15,652 nucleotides of DNA from Paecilomyces variotii. Its lineage: Eukaryota. Position numbers and translations under genes: made by a program. This document shows positions 1-11,400 of the stretch, in pieces (positions within the stretch are counted from its first letter, which is position 1; the number at the start of each line of letters is the position of its first letter). The stretch lies in NCBI GenBank assembly GCA_004022145.1, contig RCNU01000050.1. One strand, given 5' to 3'. A model generated the notes under the pieces. That model was not told the DNA's origin and made no database searches. It was given only the letters and a program-made list of their open reading frames with translations.

Positions 1-499
1 ACTAGCATTATAAAAACTAAATAAATTAATATCAGCTCGCTTAACTAACTATACTCTACATAAAAGACTTAATTTTTAATTCCTTACTTTCATAATCTTT
101 AAAATTATATCTTTTAAAAATAAATAATAAGAAAAGTACTATATATATATAATAGAAGCTAAGATATTTAATACGTATTATATAAGAAGGATATAAAATC
201 TTTATTGATAATCTAATAAGATTTAATAAGATTATTAAGTAGAAGTCCTTAATTATATAAAAAAGGAATAATCATAAGGAAAAATTTTTGATTAAAAACA
301 ATATAAACAATTTAATATTTATTTTTTAAGAAAGAATTCTAACTTAATTCATAAAATATCTTTCTATAGCTTTATAAGAATTTCTTTAAATTTTCTTTAA
401 GTAAATATTACCTAAATTACTTTCTTTAGCCTCATAATTATCAAATACTAGAACTGAAAGAAGACATTTCCTTAAAATTAACTTATTTATAAATAATTA

Positions 500-1100
500 C
501 GTAAAGAAGGTTATAATATTTAAAAATATATATTTAATTAATAATTTTTAAAAAAAAGATTTTATTATATTTAACTAAGAATTTTTTTCTTATTTATTCT
601 GTTTATAAAGAAAGTAAATAAAGAATTATAATTCTATATTAATTATTATTACTTAAATATAATTATAAAGAAAGATTATTATTTCTTATTATTAATTAAT
701 AAAATTTTAGCTAAAATTAATAAGGTTAAGATCTTTATAAAGCTAAATATTTAATAAACCTTTATTAGATTAAGATAAACTTTAATTTAAAAGCTTTAAT
801 AATATTCTATATAAGATATAGAACTTATAAATATTATATATTTCTTTTTAAGCTTATTAATAAACCGGCTATATTTTAATAATATATAAATAACCCTTTC
901 TTTAACTTACTTAATAACTATATAAGTATTTATTTAAATAATATCTTAATCTATTCTAATAATAAGTAAGAATATTAATTTAAAATAAAAAAGGTTTTAT
1001 TTTATTTATAAAAAGCTAGTCTATAAACTAATATTAAAAAATATAAGTTTTATATTATATAGATAAAATATCTTAGTTTTATTATTAGTATAAAAAATAT
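500..1100 (+). pseudogene. Gypsy reverse transcriptase domain relic
   Basis: Catalytic YLDD reads tat tta aat aat (YLNN) at 931-942, with the flanking RT motifs listed above and multiple in-frame TAA/TAG stops. Boundaries are approximate. Confidence 0.88.
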
Positions 1101-2049
1101 TAAAACTAACCTTAAAAAGGTTATTATTATTTAAGATTAAGAATAGCTTAAAATAATTTAAAAGGTTTATTTATTCTTAAGTTTTTATAATTTTTATAAG
1201 AGATTTATTAAAAACTATAATTATATAATAAGATTAATAATAGACCTAATTAAAGAGAATTATATATTTAATTTTAATTAGAAATATTATAAGGCTTTTA
1301 AAATATTAAAGGAATATCTTTAATTAGTATTAATTCTATATAATTATAATTTTAATAAGAATATATATATTAAGATAAATACTTTAGATAGTATTATAGC
1401 TACTATACTTAATAAATAAATAAATAAGACTCTTAGTATTTAATAGCCTATTACTTAAAGATAATAATATTAACTAAATATAATTATTTAATTTATAATA
1501 AGAAGCTCTTAGTAATTATTTAAGCCCTTAAAAAATAATATATAAAGCTTATAGAGTTATATATAAATAAACTATTTAATATCTTAATAAATTATTATAC
1601 TCTTAAATATTTTATAATTACTAAAGTATTAAATTTAAAATAAGCCCAATAAATAAAGTCCTTATCTTATTATTATTTTTTTAATTTAATATTACTTTAA
1701 GAAATAAAATACTTTAACTAATATCTTATTATAATAAGAAAAGAATCTCTCTTAATAAAAAGAATAAATAAATTAATATTAGACTTAATATTTACTAAAG
1801 CTTAAAGTCTTAAATATATAAATCTAAAAAGAGCTAATAAAATAATAAACTCTTCTAGCTTTAATAATAGCTAAAGAATTTATTTTAATAAATAAAATCT
1901 TTAAAAAAAACTGTAAGAATATTAAATTAATACTATTTTATAAAAATATAAGTTAAGAAGGCTTTATATATTAATTAGCGGATAAGGTCCTATTATATAG
2001 TAAATAATTAATTATTTTTAATTAGGGAGATTTATAAATATATTTTTTA

Positions 2050-2740
2050 AATAAAGTTTACTATTAAGTCTTTACTGCTTATTTAAAATATTAAAAAATA
2101 TAGTAACTAATAAAGTCCTACTATTATTAGCTTTAAATAATTAGTTTTATTAATTAATATATTAATAATTATTTAATCTACTATTAAACTAAGAATCTCT
2201 AAGATTCTTTATTAAAGTTACTTTAACTATTATCTATTTCTAAATAATTATAATAATATATCTTAATAAATTTCTAATTCCTTTAAAAAATAAGTATAGT
2301 TATAATATAGTATTTATTATAATTAATTATTTTAATAAATATCTTATTTTAATTCCTTATTATAATATAGCTATAGTATAGACTATAGCTAAAATCTTTC
2401 TTAAGTATATATATTATTATAAGAGTACTCTTAATATAATAGTTTTAAATTAAGAGCTATAATTTATTTTAAAATTTTAATATAAATTCTATTTACTATT
2501 AAGAGTTAAGTTAAAGCTTTCTTTAATTATATACTTTTAAATAAATAAATAAATAGAAGTTTTAAATTAATATATAGCTTAAAGGCTTTAGCTTTATATT
2601 AGCTATTATTAAGATAATTAATTAAATTATCTTTTAATAGTTAATTTTATAATAGCTATATTAACTTAAGAATTTATAAGAATATCTCTATTTATAGTTA
2701 AATAAAGATATAAGCCTTATATTTTTTAATTAGCGCCTAA
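2050..2740 (+). pseudogene. Gypsy integrase relic (degenerate HHCC region plus DDE core)
   Basis: Degenerate SDRGPQF and QTDGQTE motifs, and ESTGMSPF..ERGYEP (read as EFIRISLFIVK*RYKP, ~2670-2717). Confidence 0.82.
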
Positions 2741-2779
2741 TACTATAGTTTATTTTAATATTTAAAAAAGCTATTAAAG

Positions 2780-3858
2780 GCTTCTTTTAACTATTTCTTT
2801 TAGCGCTTTATTCTCTAGTAATTATATAACTTAGGCGAGCTTATATAAGTATTGCCTAGCTTCTAAATATAATTAAGTAAGCTTTCTCTTACTTTCTTTA
2901 AGTTATATTACTTTTATTTTAAACTCTTAAGCTATAAGCTAGTTATTTATTAAGTTAATAATTTAATTATTCTATTAAATTCCTTAAGTTCTATTTACTT
3001 ATTATAAGCTTTTATAGCTTTAAAATATACTCTATTTTAACATTTTATTAACCTGTAAAAATTTTTCTCTAATAAACTTTTATAGAGCTTTAATTACTAA
3101 TAATATTAGCTTAAGAATAAGTATATTTAATTACTTACTATAGGTTTATATAGTATAATAATACTATTATTTATAATATTATATTATCTCTAAGAAAGCT
3201 CTATTAATTATTTAATTAAATCTAAATTATAGTTTAATACTTATTATATATATATAAACTACTATACCTAGAGAATTCTTAGCTATTTTAATATTATAAT
3301 AAATAACTAACTCTTTATTAAGTTAATTAATTCCTTCTATAAAGTAAAAAAATCTTATTCTTAATAAGTAATTATAAGAGAAAACTAGAATAGCTTTTAT
3401 ATAGCTAAAGGAAACTTATATAGAATTTTTCTATAATACTCCTATAGAGTTAGTTTAAGAGATAACTCTTTTACTATATATTCCTCTATAGAAGATATTA
3501 TACTAACTTATAGAATAAGAATTAAATAATATTTATCCTATTATATTAGAGATATATTAAGGTTTATTCTTATAATTAAATACTTAAAGCTAATAGTAAT
3601 TAATACTTTAATTAATATTAGTAGTAAATCTTATTATTTTATTAAATTAATCTTTACTATAATAGTAAGAAAAATATTATAATATTAAAATTAATCTATT
3701 ATAGAAATAAATAGATAATATATTTAAATAGCTAAAGATACTTTAGCTATAGTTAAATAGTAGTAATTTTTAAAATTAAAGCTAGTAATTTAAGCTCGCT
3801 ATTAATAATCTTAATATTAAGAACCTTAATATTCTTAATTAAAGTATTTTATTTAAAG
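2780..3858 (-). pseudogene. Unclassified RIP-degraded coding-like relic, segment 1 (host of the nested insertions)
   Basis: The AGAAT TSD joins it to 7282-8069. The minus-strand frame reads through that junction as ..RLNSFLLLAILFK*NTLIKNIKVLNIKIINSELKLLA, which back-mutates to an acidic EDVEVLDVEIIDSELE-like peptide. No known domain recognised. Left boundary approximate. Confidence 0.35.
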
Positions 3859-3863
3859 AGAAT

Positions 3864-4029
3864 TAACACGGTATAGGGGATAAAGAAGTTATCCTTCTAT
3901 TAGCTATATAAGGAAGTAATTATATAGCTAAGTTATTAGCCTAAGGCTCCCGCATCTCGTATCTTTATACTCTATTAAGATAGTAAGTAGGTAATGCTAA
4001 GATAGTATTATATACCTATATCTATATTA
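3864..4029 (-). repeat. 3' LTR of the chromoviral element
   Basis: Aligns without gaps to 7111-7276; adjacent to the PPT. Confidence 0.93.
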
Positions 4030-4042
4030 GTATACCCCTTTT
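4030..4042 (-). promoter_or_regulatory. Polypurine tract (minus strand AAAAGGGGTATAC) preceding the 3' LTR
   Basis: Purine run immediately upstream of the LTR, in the same orientation as integrase. Confidence 0.65.
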
Positions 4043-4199
4043 AAGAAAAATATTATTATCCTTAATAATAAAGTATAGAAATATATATACAGATATAATA
4101 TAAGATATAGTTAAATATTCTTATAATTTATCTCCTCCTACGCCTATTTTGTGGTAACTAATATTATTTATAGAGTCTCTTATATTTTTATAGTTTAAC

Positions 4200-5254
4200 T
4201 AATAGTCTAAAATGCTAGTTATATTCTTAGATAAATTCTTAAGCATTAATTAGGTCCTTAAGATAATACTATATATTATAATAAGCACTATATCTCTTCT
4301 AGCAGACTAAATACTTAATAATAATTTTACCTTAGACTTACTAAATGCAATAGTTAAGTAATATCTTAATCTTATAATAACTAATTTTAATATCCTTCGC
4401 GTTAATATATAGCAGTAGTATATTATCAGAGAATATAAGATATTTAAAAAGATTATTTATATAATATAGCTCTAGATAAGTAATAGAGAAAATATTATAG
4501 CATTTCTAATAAGCTGGGATATTTAGCTAGTATATAAGATATCTAATCCTATACTTAACTATAAGCAGTTCTATATACTGCGCTAATAACTTCCTTCTAA
4601 AGATAGCTATATTAAGGATATTATATCTATAATATAATCTTAGCAAGACCTTATTATTAGGGGTAAAATAGATTAGCTAGTAATTCTTATTATATATATG
4701 CTTAATATCTATAGCAGCTAAGCGAAGTGCTTCGCGTATATTAAGTTATAAGGTAAAATCTTAGATTTCCTTATTGTAGAGGTTTATAGCGTTGCCTAAT
4801 TAAATACTATATATTAAGTTATGCAGGGATCTTATTATAATAAATAATAGGCTAAAATTTAATGCTAATTGCATTAATAGCAAAACCTTAAGCTAAGCTA
4901 TAATATCTTTTAGAGTAATTAAGTAGTACTATAGAGTAATCTTAGCTGTCTAATTTATTTATTCCGACTATTTATTTATCTGCAGATAGTATACTATTAA
5001 ATAGAGTAATTTAGTATTAAGATACTAAAATAGGCCTTTCTATAGATTTAATAGAAACTTTAAATCGCAATTTAATAGGATTACCGATAAAATGCCCTAA
5101 TTATTAATCTAGAGTTATTCGAGTAATATTAATGCCTAGTCTTTAGCTGTCTATATGTCTCGCCCTAGTATAAATATAATTTATTTTGTGAATTTGCAGG
5201 TAATAGTTAAGATTTAATTATATAGCCCTATGTCTAGCAATCTTATAATAAAGT
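4200..5254 (-). pseudogene. Integrase core, GPY/F region and C-terminal chromodomain relic
   Basis: Minus strand reads FIIRLLD..N*ILTITCKFTK*IIFILGRDI*TAKD*A (= DF..GLP...TCKFTKR...PGRDTWTAKDWA). Then *GILSVILLNCDLKFL (= WGIP..ILSDRDPKF), YLIVYYLQINK*SE*IN* (= YSTAYHPQTDGQSERTNQ) and LIY*LNIPAY*KCYNIFSITYLEL. The chromodomain at ~4215-4380 reads YKIKILLNYC...KYLVC*KRYSAYYNI*YYLKDLINA*EFI*EY (= YEIE.LLDRR...EYLVRWKGYG..HDVWY..EDL.NA.E.I.EY). Confidence 0.9.
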
Positions 5255-5960
5255 AGCGGTATTAAGCTTAAAGTGCTTTATTATTATAGGGATTTATTCT
5301 TCCTTAATTAGGTAGTTCTATAGGAAGTTATAATCGCTATTAGACAACTTCGCTGTATACTATTATAGTGCGAGGCCTTATAAAGATTCTTAAATATAGC
5401 CTTAGACTAGGGCTTTTCCTTTTATTATAGCTAAGTTATAAATGCAGTTAATAAAAATATATATATCCCTATAATATATATAACTACTGATTATAACTAT
5501 TAGGCCTATATTAATATAGTCTATATTGCTAAGGTTAGGGTAAAAGTATTTTAGCTCTACCTACTTTTATAATATACTATTAATTATAATACTTATTAGC
5601 GTCTTTAGGGTAAATCTAGCATTTAAGTTTGCTAAAGGATTGTAGTAAAGAGTTTAGTTTTAAACTAGTTGCTATTATTAATTTTACTATTGTTAATACT
5701 ATTACTATTAATATCTAGGTTAGCTATTATTCTAAGCTATATTATTTTACGCTATATTATTCTAACTTATAAGGTATTTTATTATTTAGTAATTTTAGTC
5801 TAATATAGCCCTTATATTTTTTATTATTTACTAATTTAATTCTATTATCTGCTAGAATATCTCTATTAATATAATATTAGAGTTAGTAGCCGGCAGTACT
5901 AAAGGTATAGCCGGGTTAATAGAGTTTACTATATTATTAATATTTGCTATTAGCTATATT
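5255..5960 (-). pseudogene. N-terminal gag relic of the chromoviral element
   Basis: Minus strand has an N/Q-rich low-complexity stretch, then *K*VELKYFYPNL (= WKQAELGYFYPDL), YYRDIYIFINCIYNLA (= YYRDVYVFVDRIHDLA) and ESL*GLAL**YTAKLS (= ESLRG.ALQWYTAELS), resembling fungal Gypsy gag motifs. Start position is approximate. Confidence 0.72.
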
Positions 5961-6706
5961 AAGATTTTATCTAAATAATATAGCGGTAGATCTAGAAAAG
6001 AATATAATAGATTAAATAAGGCCCTTTAATATCTAGCTCCCTGGCTCTAGAAAATAGAATTCTGAAGTTTAAGAACTAGATTAAATAAGGCTAATTAAGG
6101 GGGTATAGCAACTAGAATTTATAACCTAGATTATTTTTATTAGTATTTATCTTATAATAGAGCTATAGAGATACTATAAAAATATATAGAATATAATTTA
6201 CCTAGTAGCTATATAAGTTCTAATATAAAATTAGCTAGGTCTGCTATAGTAGACTGCTATTTCTAAAAAGCAGAGTATTCTATTAATATTACTATAAATC
6301 TAAGGAAGTCTTTAATAATACTATAAAAAATAGACCGATCTATTGCCTATAACATAGGAAATATAAATTATCCTACTTAAAAAGGTAATACTTATAGCTT
6401 AATCTAGAATACCTTAGTATAGGCTAATAAAATATATTTTAAGGAGTTATATCTCGGGTAATAAGATAAAATAAAATTAATAAGATTAATAGTCTTATAG
6501 TTAAGCTAATCTCTAAACTAAGAAGTTATTATTTAAAAAGCTGCTAGACTATATATAAGCTCTAGTATTTCTTTAGATAATATAGGGAGATATTAGTTCT
6601 AATCTATCTCCTCTAAAGGCTGGCTTATTATAGAGGCTTAACCTTAGCTTCTTTAAATAAGATATTTAATAAGGGAGACTAAAGCTAAATTATAATAATA
6701 CTAGAG

Positions 6707-6751
6707 ATAAAAATAATAAAACTAATAATAAAAATAATAAAACTAATAATA
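6707..6751 (+). repeat. 21-bp tandem duplication (ataaaaataataaaactaata x2)
   Basis: Directly visible; lies in the 5' leader of the chromoviral element. Confidence 0.7.
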
Positions 6752-7110
6752 TAATATAGAATTCTAATAATAAAAATAGGGCTTTAGATATAAGTATTCT
6801 TAGCTAACTTATAGTATCCCTAGGCATAGGATATATAAGGAGATAGCTTAATATAAAGATTTTAATAAACTTAGGGCTAATAGAGGTAGAACTAAATAAT
6901 ATTAAAATAAATCTTAATAAAAAGAATAGGTAATATAAAGATTTCTAATAATAATAAATAACTTTATATATAATAGAGAAAAGACTGTAGATAACCCGCT
7001 AGTATTAGAAGTTAGCTTAATAATTAAATAGTATAGCAGATTACTATAATAGTTTTTAAAATACTCCTAATAATAGTTAGGCCCTAGATAACCTTAATAT
7101 ATTACTAAAT

Positions 7111-7276
7111 TAATACAGTATAAGGGATAAAGAAGTTATCCTTCTATTAGCTATATAAGGAACTAACTATATAGCTAAATTATTGGCCTAAGGCTCCCGT
7201 ACCTCGCACCTTTATACCTTATTAAGGTAGCAGGCAGGCGACGCTAAGGTAGTATTATACGCCTATATCTATGTTA
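7111..7276 (-). repeat. 5' LTR of the chromoviral element
   Basis: Copy of 3864-4029. On the minus strand it is followed by atttagtaat, possibly a RIPed (ATT)TGGTG.. primer-binding site. Confidence 0.93.
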
Positions 7277-7281
7277 AGAAT

Positions 7282-8069
7282 AGCTAGTAATAGAAAACTA
7301 TTTAATCTATTATAAAGAATTAAATTATAATATTATTAAACTTAAGAATTCTTAAAATTATTTAATTTTTAAATTAATCTACTATTATTAATATTTAGCT
7401 AAAGCTAAATAAGTAATTTAATATTATTAAATTTATATACTAGGTAAAGCTTTATTAAGAACTTATAGAGCTTATTAATCTCTTTATATTAACTTTACTT
7501 ACCTTTACTTATATAAAGGTAAAATATATTTTTACTTAGCTTTAAGATTTTAAAACCTTATTAGAAGATCTCTTTTATAATTAATTCTTAAACTTTATTA
7601 TTAAATAAAAGCTTAGCTAAATAAATAATTATTTTAAATAGTTTTATATTACTAGTATTATTAAATACTTAAATATTAAAAATCTAAATATTAGAGAAGT
7701 ATTAAAAGACCTTACTTAATATAAAAAAGCTATTACTAGTACTAGATTTATATAGAGATTAATAGCTTAAAATATCTTAATAATATTAAGGCTTATTAGA
7801 AGATTTATAGATTTAAGATTTAAAGCTTTATATAAGCCTTATAGTATTTATAATAAAATAAATTATACCTTAAAGTAATATTATACTATATACTTTAAAT
7901 TATATTCTCTATATAGTTAAAATAATATAACCTTAAAATCTATAATATTATTATCTTAATCTCTTAGTTTAACTTATAGTTTATTAAATTAATAGTATTT
8001 TTACTATACTAAGAGTAATATCTATATATTATATAAAAGAGAATTAAATATTAAATACTAGCTTAAATA
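7282..8069 (-). pseudogene. Unclassified coding-like relic, segment 2
   Basis: Lies between two TSDs (AGAAT and CTTAT). Minus frame ..LAKLLFNNKV*ELIIKEIF**GFKILK..YKEINKLYKFLIKLY looks like a RIPed ORF. No family assigned. Confidence 0.35.
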
Positions 8070-8074
8070 CTTAT

Positions 8075-8372
8075 TATTATAAGATAGCAGTTAGAATTAA
8101 TAGTTTATAGAGAAAATATATAAGAGATTCTCTTATAAGAGAATCTAAGATAATTATATATATAGTTATAGAGAATAGTTAGCTTAATAAAAGAGTTCTT
8201 ATATTAAATATATTAGCTTAAGAAAAGAACTTAATTAATTTAATATAATTAATTAACTATATTAAAAAGATATATTAATATTAGTTTTATCTCTTATATT
8301 TTATCTTTATTTTAAATTATATTTTCTTTTAAAGCTAGTATAAAAGTTATTTTATTTTTATTTTTTTTAACT
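8075..8372 (+). repeat. Copia 5' LTR (tattat...taact)
   Basis: Ungapped match to 13921-14218. Confidence 0.93.
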
Positions 8373-8384
8373 AATTATAAGCTT
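8373..8384 (+). promoter_or_regulatory. Primer-binding site relic (aattataagctt, inferred pre-RIP GGTTATGAGCCC)
   Basis: Immediately follows the 5' LTR. Differs only by G>A/C>T changes from the GGTTATGAGCCC motif common after fungal Copia 5' LTRs. The same motif follows the LTR at 15348. Confidence 0.8.
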
Positions 8385-8419
8385 AAATTAATAAGAACTT
8401 AAGAAAATAAATATTTAAA

Positions 8420-11400
8420 CAGTATAAAACTCTTTATTAAAATTATAGAATTTAAAATAATAGCTATTAAATATTCTTATAAGAGAAATATTATAATAAA
8501 ATTACTCTAATATTTACTTTATAGATATTAAATCTAATAAATATTAGAACTTATTAATAATTAAAAGATTAACTAAATTATTCTATATATAGTTAAAGAA
8601 TTAACTAAATTACTTTATATATAGATAAAAATATCCCCTATTAATAATTCTAATAATTAAAAAAAGAGACTAATTCTTACTTTTTTTAAAGAAAATTATA
8701 AAAAATAGTTTATTTATATAAAAAAATAGCTTATTAATAAGAATTATTAAGATATTATTAAATACTAATAATAAGATAATAACTTATTATAAAAGAAAAA
8801 TAATATAATAATATAATATTAGATTATAAAATACTTATCTAAGAATAATTAAAATAAATATATTAAAGATATTATTATTAGAGTATTATAAGATTATTTT
8901 AAGAGATAATATAAACAGATTTAGCTTACCTAATAATGCTAACTTATTTAATTATTTATTAATTTTAAAATAATATCTAAATAAACTATTATTAATATAT
9001 AGAGATAATTATAATAAATAAGAAAGAAAATAATAGCTTATAATAGTATTATATCTTTTCTAGCTAAGTTAAAAGCTAAGATTTAATATTTATTCTCTAA
9101 TTTATTTAATAAATATATTATTATTAAAATAGTAATTAATACTTAAAAATATTTAAGAATAAAAATATTTTAGCTATTTTTAAGGAGATAAAAGCTAAAT
9201 TTTAAGTTTTTTTATTAAGTATAGTTTATATAAAAAAATAAGAACTTATTAAATATTATATATAAGAAAAATTATTTTATTAAAAACTATCTATAATTAC
9301 CTATAGCTTAATAAACTACTTAAAATATTTAAAGATAGAGAAAAGAATTTTTAAAGAGCTTATCTCTATCTATAAATTAAAAATTAGTAAAAATAATAAC
9401 TAAGCTATTCTAAGAAGTCTAATTTTTAAAAAAGGAAAAATCTTAAAGAAGAAAATAAAAGGCCTATAAGATAAAAGAAATCTCTAATATTAAGTTATTA
9501 TATTTAAAGCCTAATTTAATTATACTAGATAATTAAGTCTTTTATAAAATTACTTACCTATTAAAAGATATAATTAATAAGAATTTATTTTAATAGTATA
9601 TTAATAGTAGTACTAGTTTATATATAATTAATAAGACTTATTATTTTAGAGAATTATTAGTAAAGATTAAGAAAAGAGGAATTTTATATATAAAGTATAT
9701 AAGTACTATTATGCTAAATAAATAAAATAGAAAAATTATATATTTAGAGAATATATTACTTATTTTAAAGCTTAAAGTAAATTTATTATTAATTAAGAAA
9801 CTCTACTATTAATTTATATAGTTATTTTAATACTAGTTTAATATCTATATTAAATAGATTTAATAATATTATAATTTAAGATATATTTAAATATAAAGTT
9901 TATATTATAAAAAAGGTCTTTTTAAATTTAATATTAAAGCTATATATTACTATATATAGCTAGCTTATATATAAGAAAGATTAAGCCTATTATATTATAG
10001 TTACTTCTTAAAATAATCTTAAAAAAGCCTTTTTTAAGATTAATAATAATAATTATAAATTAAAATATTTTAATAAACTTTTTTATAAAAAAAATATAAA
10101 AAATTAAATTTAAGAGAAGTATTAACTTTAATATAAGTAAATTAATTATCTTAAATTTAAAAAGATTAAAAACCTATATAAAATAATAATATTAAAGAAA
10201 CTAATTAAAATTATTAATAATTATTAATATATAATTTATATTATAGCTGATATTAAAAATAAGAGAAATATAATAAATAAATAAAAGAAAAGTATTTTAA
10301 AACTAATTTATATAAATATATATAATTAAATACTAGAGTTAAGAGATAAATATATTTATTTTTTAATTATTATAGATAATTATTTATAAAAAATATAGAT
10401 ATTTTTAATAAAAGCTAAATTTAATACTAGCCCTATCTTAAATAAATAAAAAAGGGAGATTAAAAACTGCTATTAATCTTAAAATACTTAATATTTAATT
10501 AAATAATATATTAAAACTTAAGAATATTTTTAAAATATAAAAAAAAGATTTTAGTATTTATTATAAATTAATAATTTTATATATATTAACTTAGAACAAA
10601 ATAATTAAAAAAATATATTAGATTATTAAGAGAGAAACTTATATTATATTTAAAGATATTAATTTTTTAATTAAATTATAAATAAAAACTACTTAAACTA
10701 ATATATATATTAGAAATAAAATATTAAATAGACTAATAATTAATAAAATATAGATAATTTCTAAGAAAGTATTTATTAAGATAAAACTATTTATTAATTA
10801 TTTAAGAGTATAGAGATATTAAATAATATTATATATAAACTTTAATTTATTATTACTAAAAATATAAAAAGATAAGTTAATAAACTATAAATACTTATAT
10901 ATTTTTATTAAATATATTAAAGGTATAAATAAATAATAGAAAGTTTAAGTATTTAATATAAGAAAAGTTATTAAAATCTATTAAGCTAAGTTTTTTAAAA
11001 ATAAATAAAGAAGAAATATTAATCTCTATATCTTATAAAGAACTATATTAAATATAACTTTAATAAAGAATTTAAGAAGATAATTAGTTATATAAACTAA
11101 TATACTACTAGCTTAATAATTTAATTAGCTAAGGTTTTATAAGTTTAAACTTATAAGATTACTTAATAAATTAGAATTATAAGATATTAATATTAATAAT
11201 TAAGTATTAAGTAATAAAAGGTAAATATCTTATATATTTATATTTCTTAAACTTTTTTAAAACTAAAAAAAGAAGATTATAAAAGGCTTTTTTAAAAGTA
11301 TTAATAATTAAGTATTAAAAGATTAAAAGATAAAGATTATAAAAGGCTTTTCTAAGATAATCTTAAAGAATAATTATAAGAATATATTTATTTTAAATTA

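Larger units (their letters stand above)
1..2740 (+). mobile_element. RIP-degraded Ty3/Gypsy pol fragment (PR-RT linker, RT, RNase H, integrase); starts upstream of the window; 3' end and LTR not found
   Basis: Manual translation gives RIP-shifted Gypsy motifs in RT-RH-IN order. ILFIKKVNKEL*FYINYYYLN (~597-660) = ILFVKK..G.LRFCVDYRRLN. FKLINKPAIF** (~847-885) = FGLTNGPATFQQ. YLNNILIYS (931-957) = YLDDILIYS. KINTLDSIIA (~1372) = ETDASD. IVLN*EL*FILKF* (~2439-2480) = IVSDRGPQFISKFW. *INK*IEVLN* (~2538-2570) = QTDGQTEVLNQ. The 3' boundary is approximate. Confidence 0.9.
3864..7276 (-). mobile_element. Internally deleted chromoviral Ty3/Gypsy LTR retrotransposon (LTR-leader-gag N-terminus/integrase-chromodomain-PPT-LTR), 3413 bp
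   Basis: 166-bp direct repeats at 3864-4029 and 7111-7276. 5-bp TSD AGAAT at 3859-3863 and 7277-7281. Ends taacacgg...ctatgtta fit a pre-RIP TGACACGG...CCGTGTCA. Gag and integrase/chromodomain motifs lie on the minus strand. Confidence 0.93.

Noticed and set aside
4215..4380. Host chromodomain (HP1-like) gene
   Set aside because: It follows the retrotransposon integrase on the same strand, inside LTRs, and contains stops.
4715..4740. Palindrome gcgaag-tg-cttcgc in the integrase region
   Set aside because: Short, single and inside coding sequence; no evidence of function.
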